A stretch of 63,119 bases of DNA, filler included, from Dicyema japonicum (lineage: Eukaryota > Animalia > Dicyemida): NCBI GenBank assembly GCA_011109175.1. It is 6 parts of 6 records of this genome, joined end to end, with 100 filler letters (N's around TTAATTAATTAA, not from the genome) between each part and the next. Parts side by side here need not be neighbours in the genome. Positions count along the whole stretch, not along the records: positions 61,566 to 63,119 come from RDEW01000262.1; 5 more parts are not named here. One strand, 5' to 3'. The position numbers were made by a program, and so were the translations under genes. Below are positions 62,640-63,119 of the stretch, piece after piece (positions within the stretch are counted from its first letter, which is position 1; every line of letters starts with the position of its first letter). Under the pieces are notes generated by a model that saw nothing but the letters and a program-made list of their open reading frames with translations, did not search any database and had not been told where the DNA came from.

Positions 62640-63060
62640 TAAGAATGAGCTAACTAATTTACTAACCGATTATATGTCGAGGAGGAAATCAATAGTTAAG
62701 AACTTTCACGAGGTAAAGCTCCAAAAGATGGATACTTTCCACATTTACGAAAATTATCAAGCTCGGAGTAATCAAAGAAAATTTCGAATGAAAGACTATC
62801 AGTCCATGAATCGAGAGGGAGACTCTTTGGGCACGTTCTGCGTATAGATATAGATTCCCTTGCAAACGATATTTCAACATGAGAACAGATCCCCCTTTAG
62901 AAGGAGGTCGAGGGTTACTCTTCCTATGGCCCTGAGCAAGGATCTTATAATGATTGGAAAAAAAAACTCGAATGTACAGACAACCTGAAAGACCTACGGT
63001 CGTATGCAGAGGACAGAACAAGACGTCTGGTGAAGAGAAATTATATGCCAAATCTTTATC
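62640..63060 (+). mobile_element. RTE 3' fragment
   Basis: FGHVLR..FRRRSRVTLPMALSKDL. Confidence 0.7.
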
Positions 63061-63119
63061 ATATTACGTGTGTGGCATATTTGTTACATAATTGTGCTTT
63101 CAGTATTAAATTTCATTAT

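Noticed and set aside
1-63119. Stop-codon reassignment to explain interrupted ORFs
   Set aside because: Intact genes end in TGA or TAA, and interruptions include frameshifts, so decay and tiny introns explain them.

Overview
AT-rich eukaryotic genomic DNA from an animal with extremely short spliceosomal introns (19-28 nt GT-AG, several at family-conserved positions). A dicyemid mesozoan fits best and a myxozoan is the alternative; this is inference. The window is not one contiguous locus. It contains five artificial N44-TTAATTAATTAA-N44 spacers, other N gaps and many single-N overlap duplications. Most of the sequence is decayed transposable elements: CRE-clade (some with an N-terminal PHD finger), R4/Dong-like, RTE and Jockey/I-group LINEs, a tRNA-derived SINE family with an RTE-type tail, an intron-bearing pogo transposase and an intron-bearing Gypsy-like integrase. 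Apparently intact genes are a galactose-3-O-sulfotransferase, a DNAJB-type protein with only a vestigial J domain, and the 3' half of an annexin. Reading through tiny introns, which the ORF track misses, also reveals a SEM1/DSS1 gene with a frameshift, a NitFhit fusion pseudogene, reprolysin (ADAM-like) pseudogenes and a candidate secreted micro-exon gene at 46268-46634. A divergent histone H4-like ORF is also present. All calls were made by eye without database searches, and transposon boundaries are approximate.
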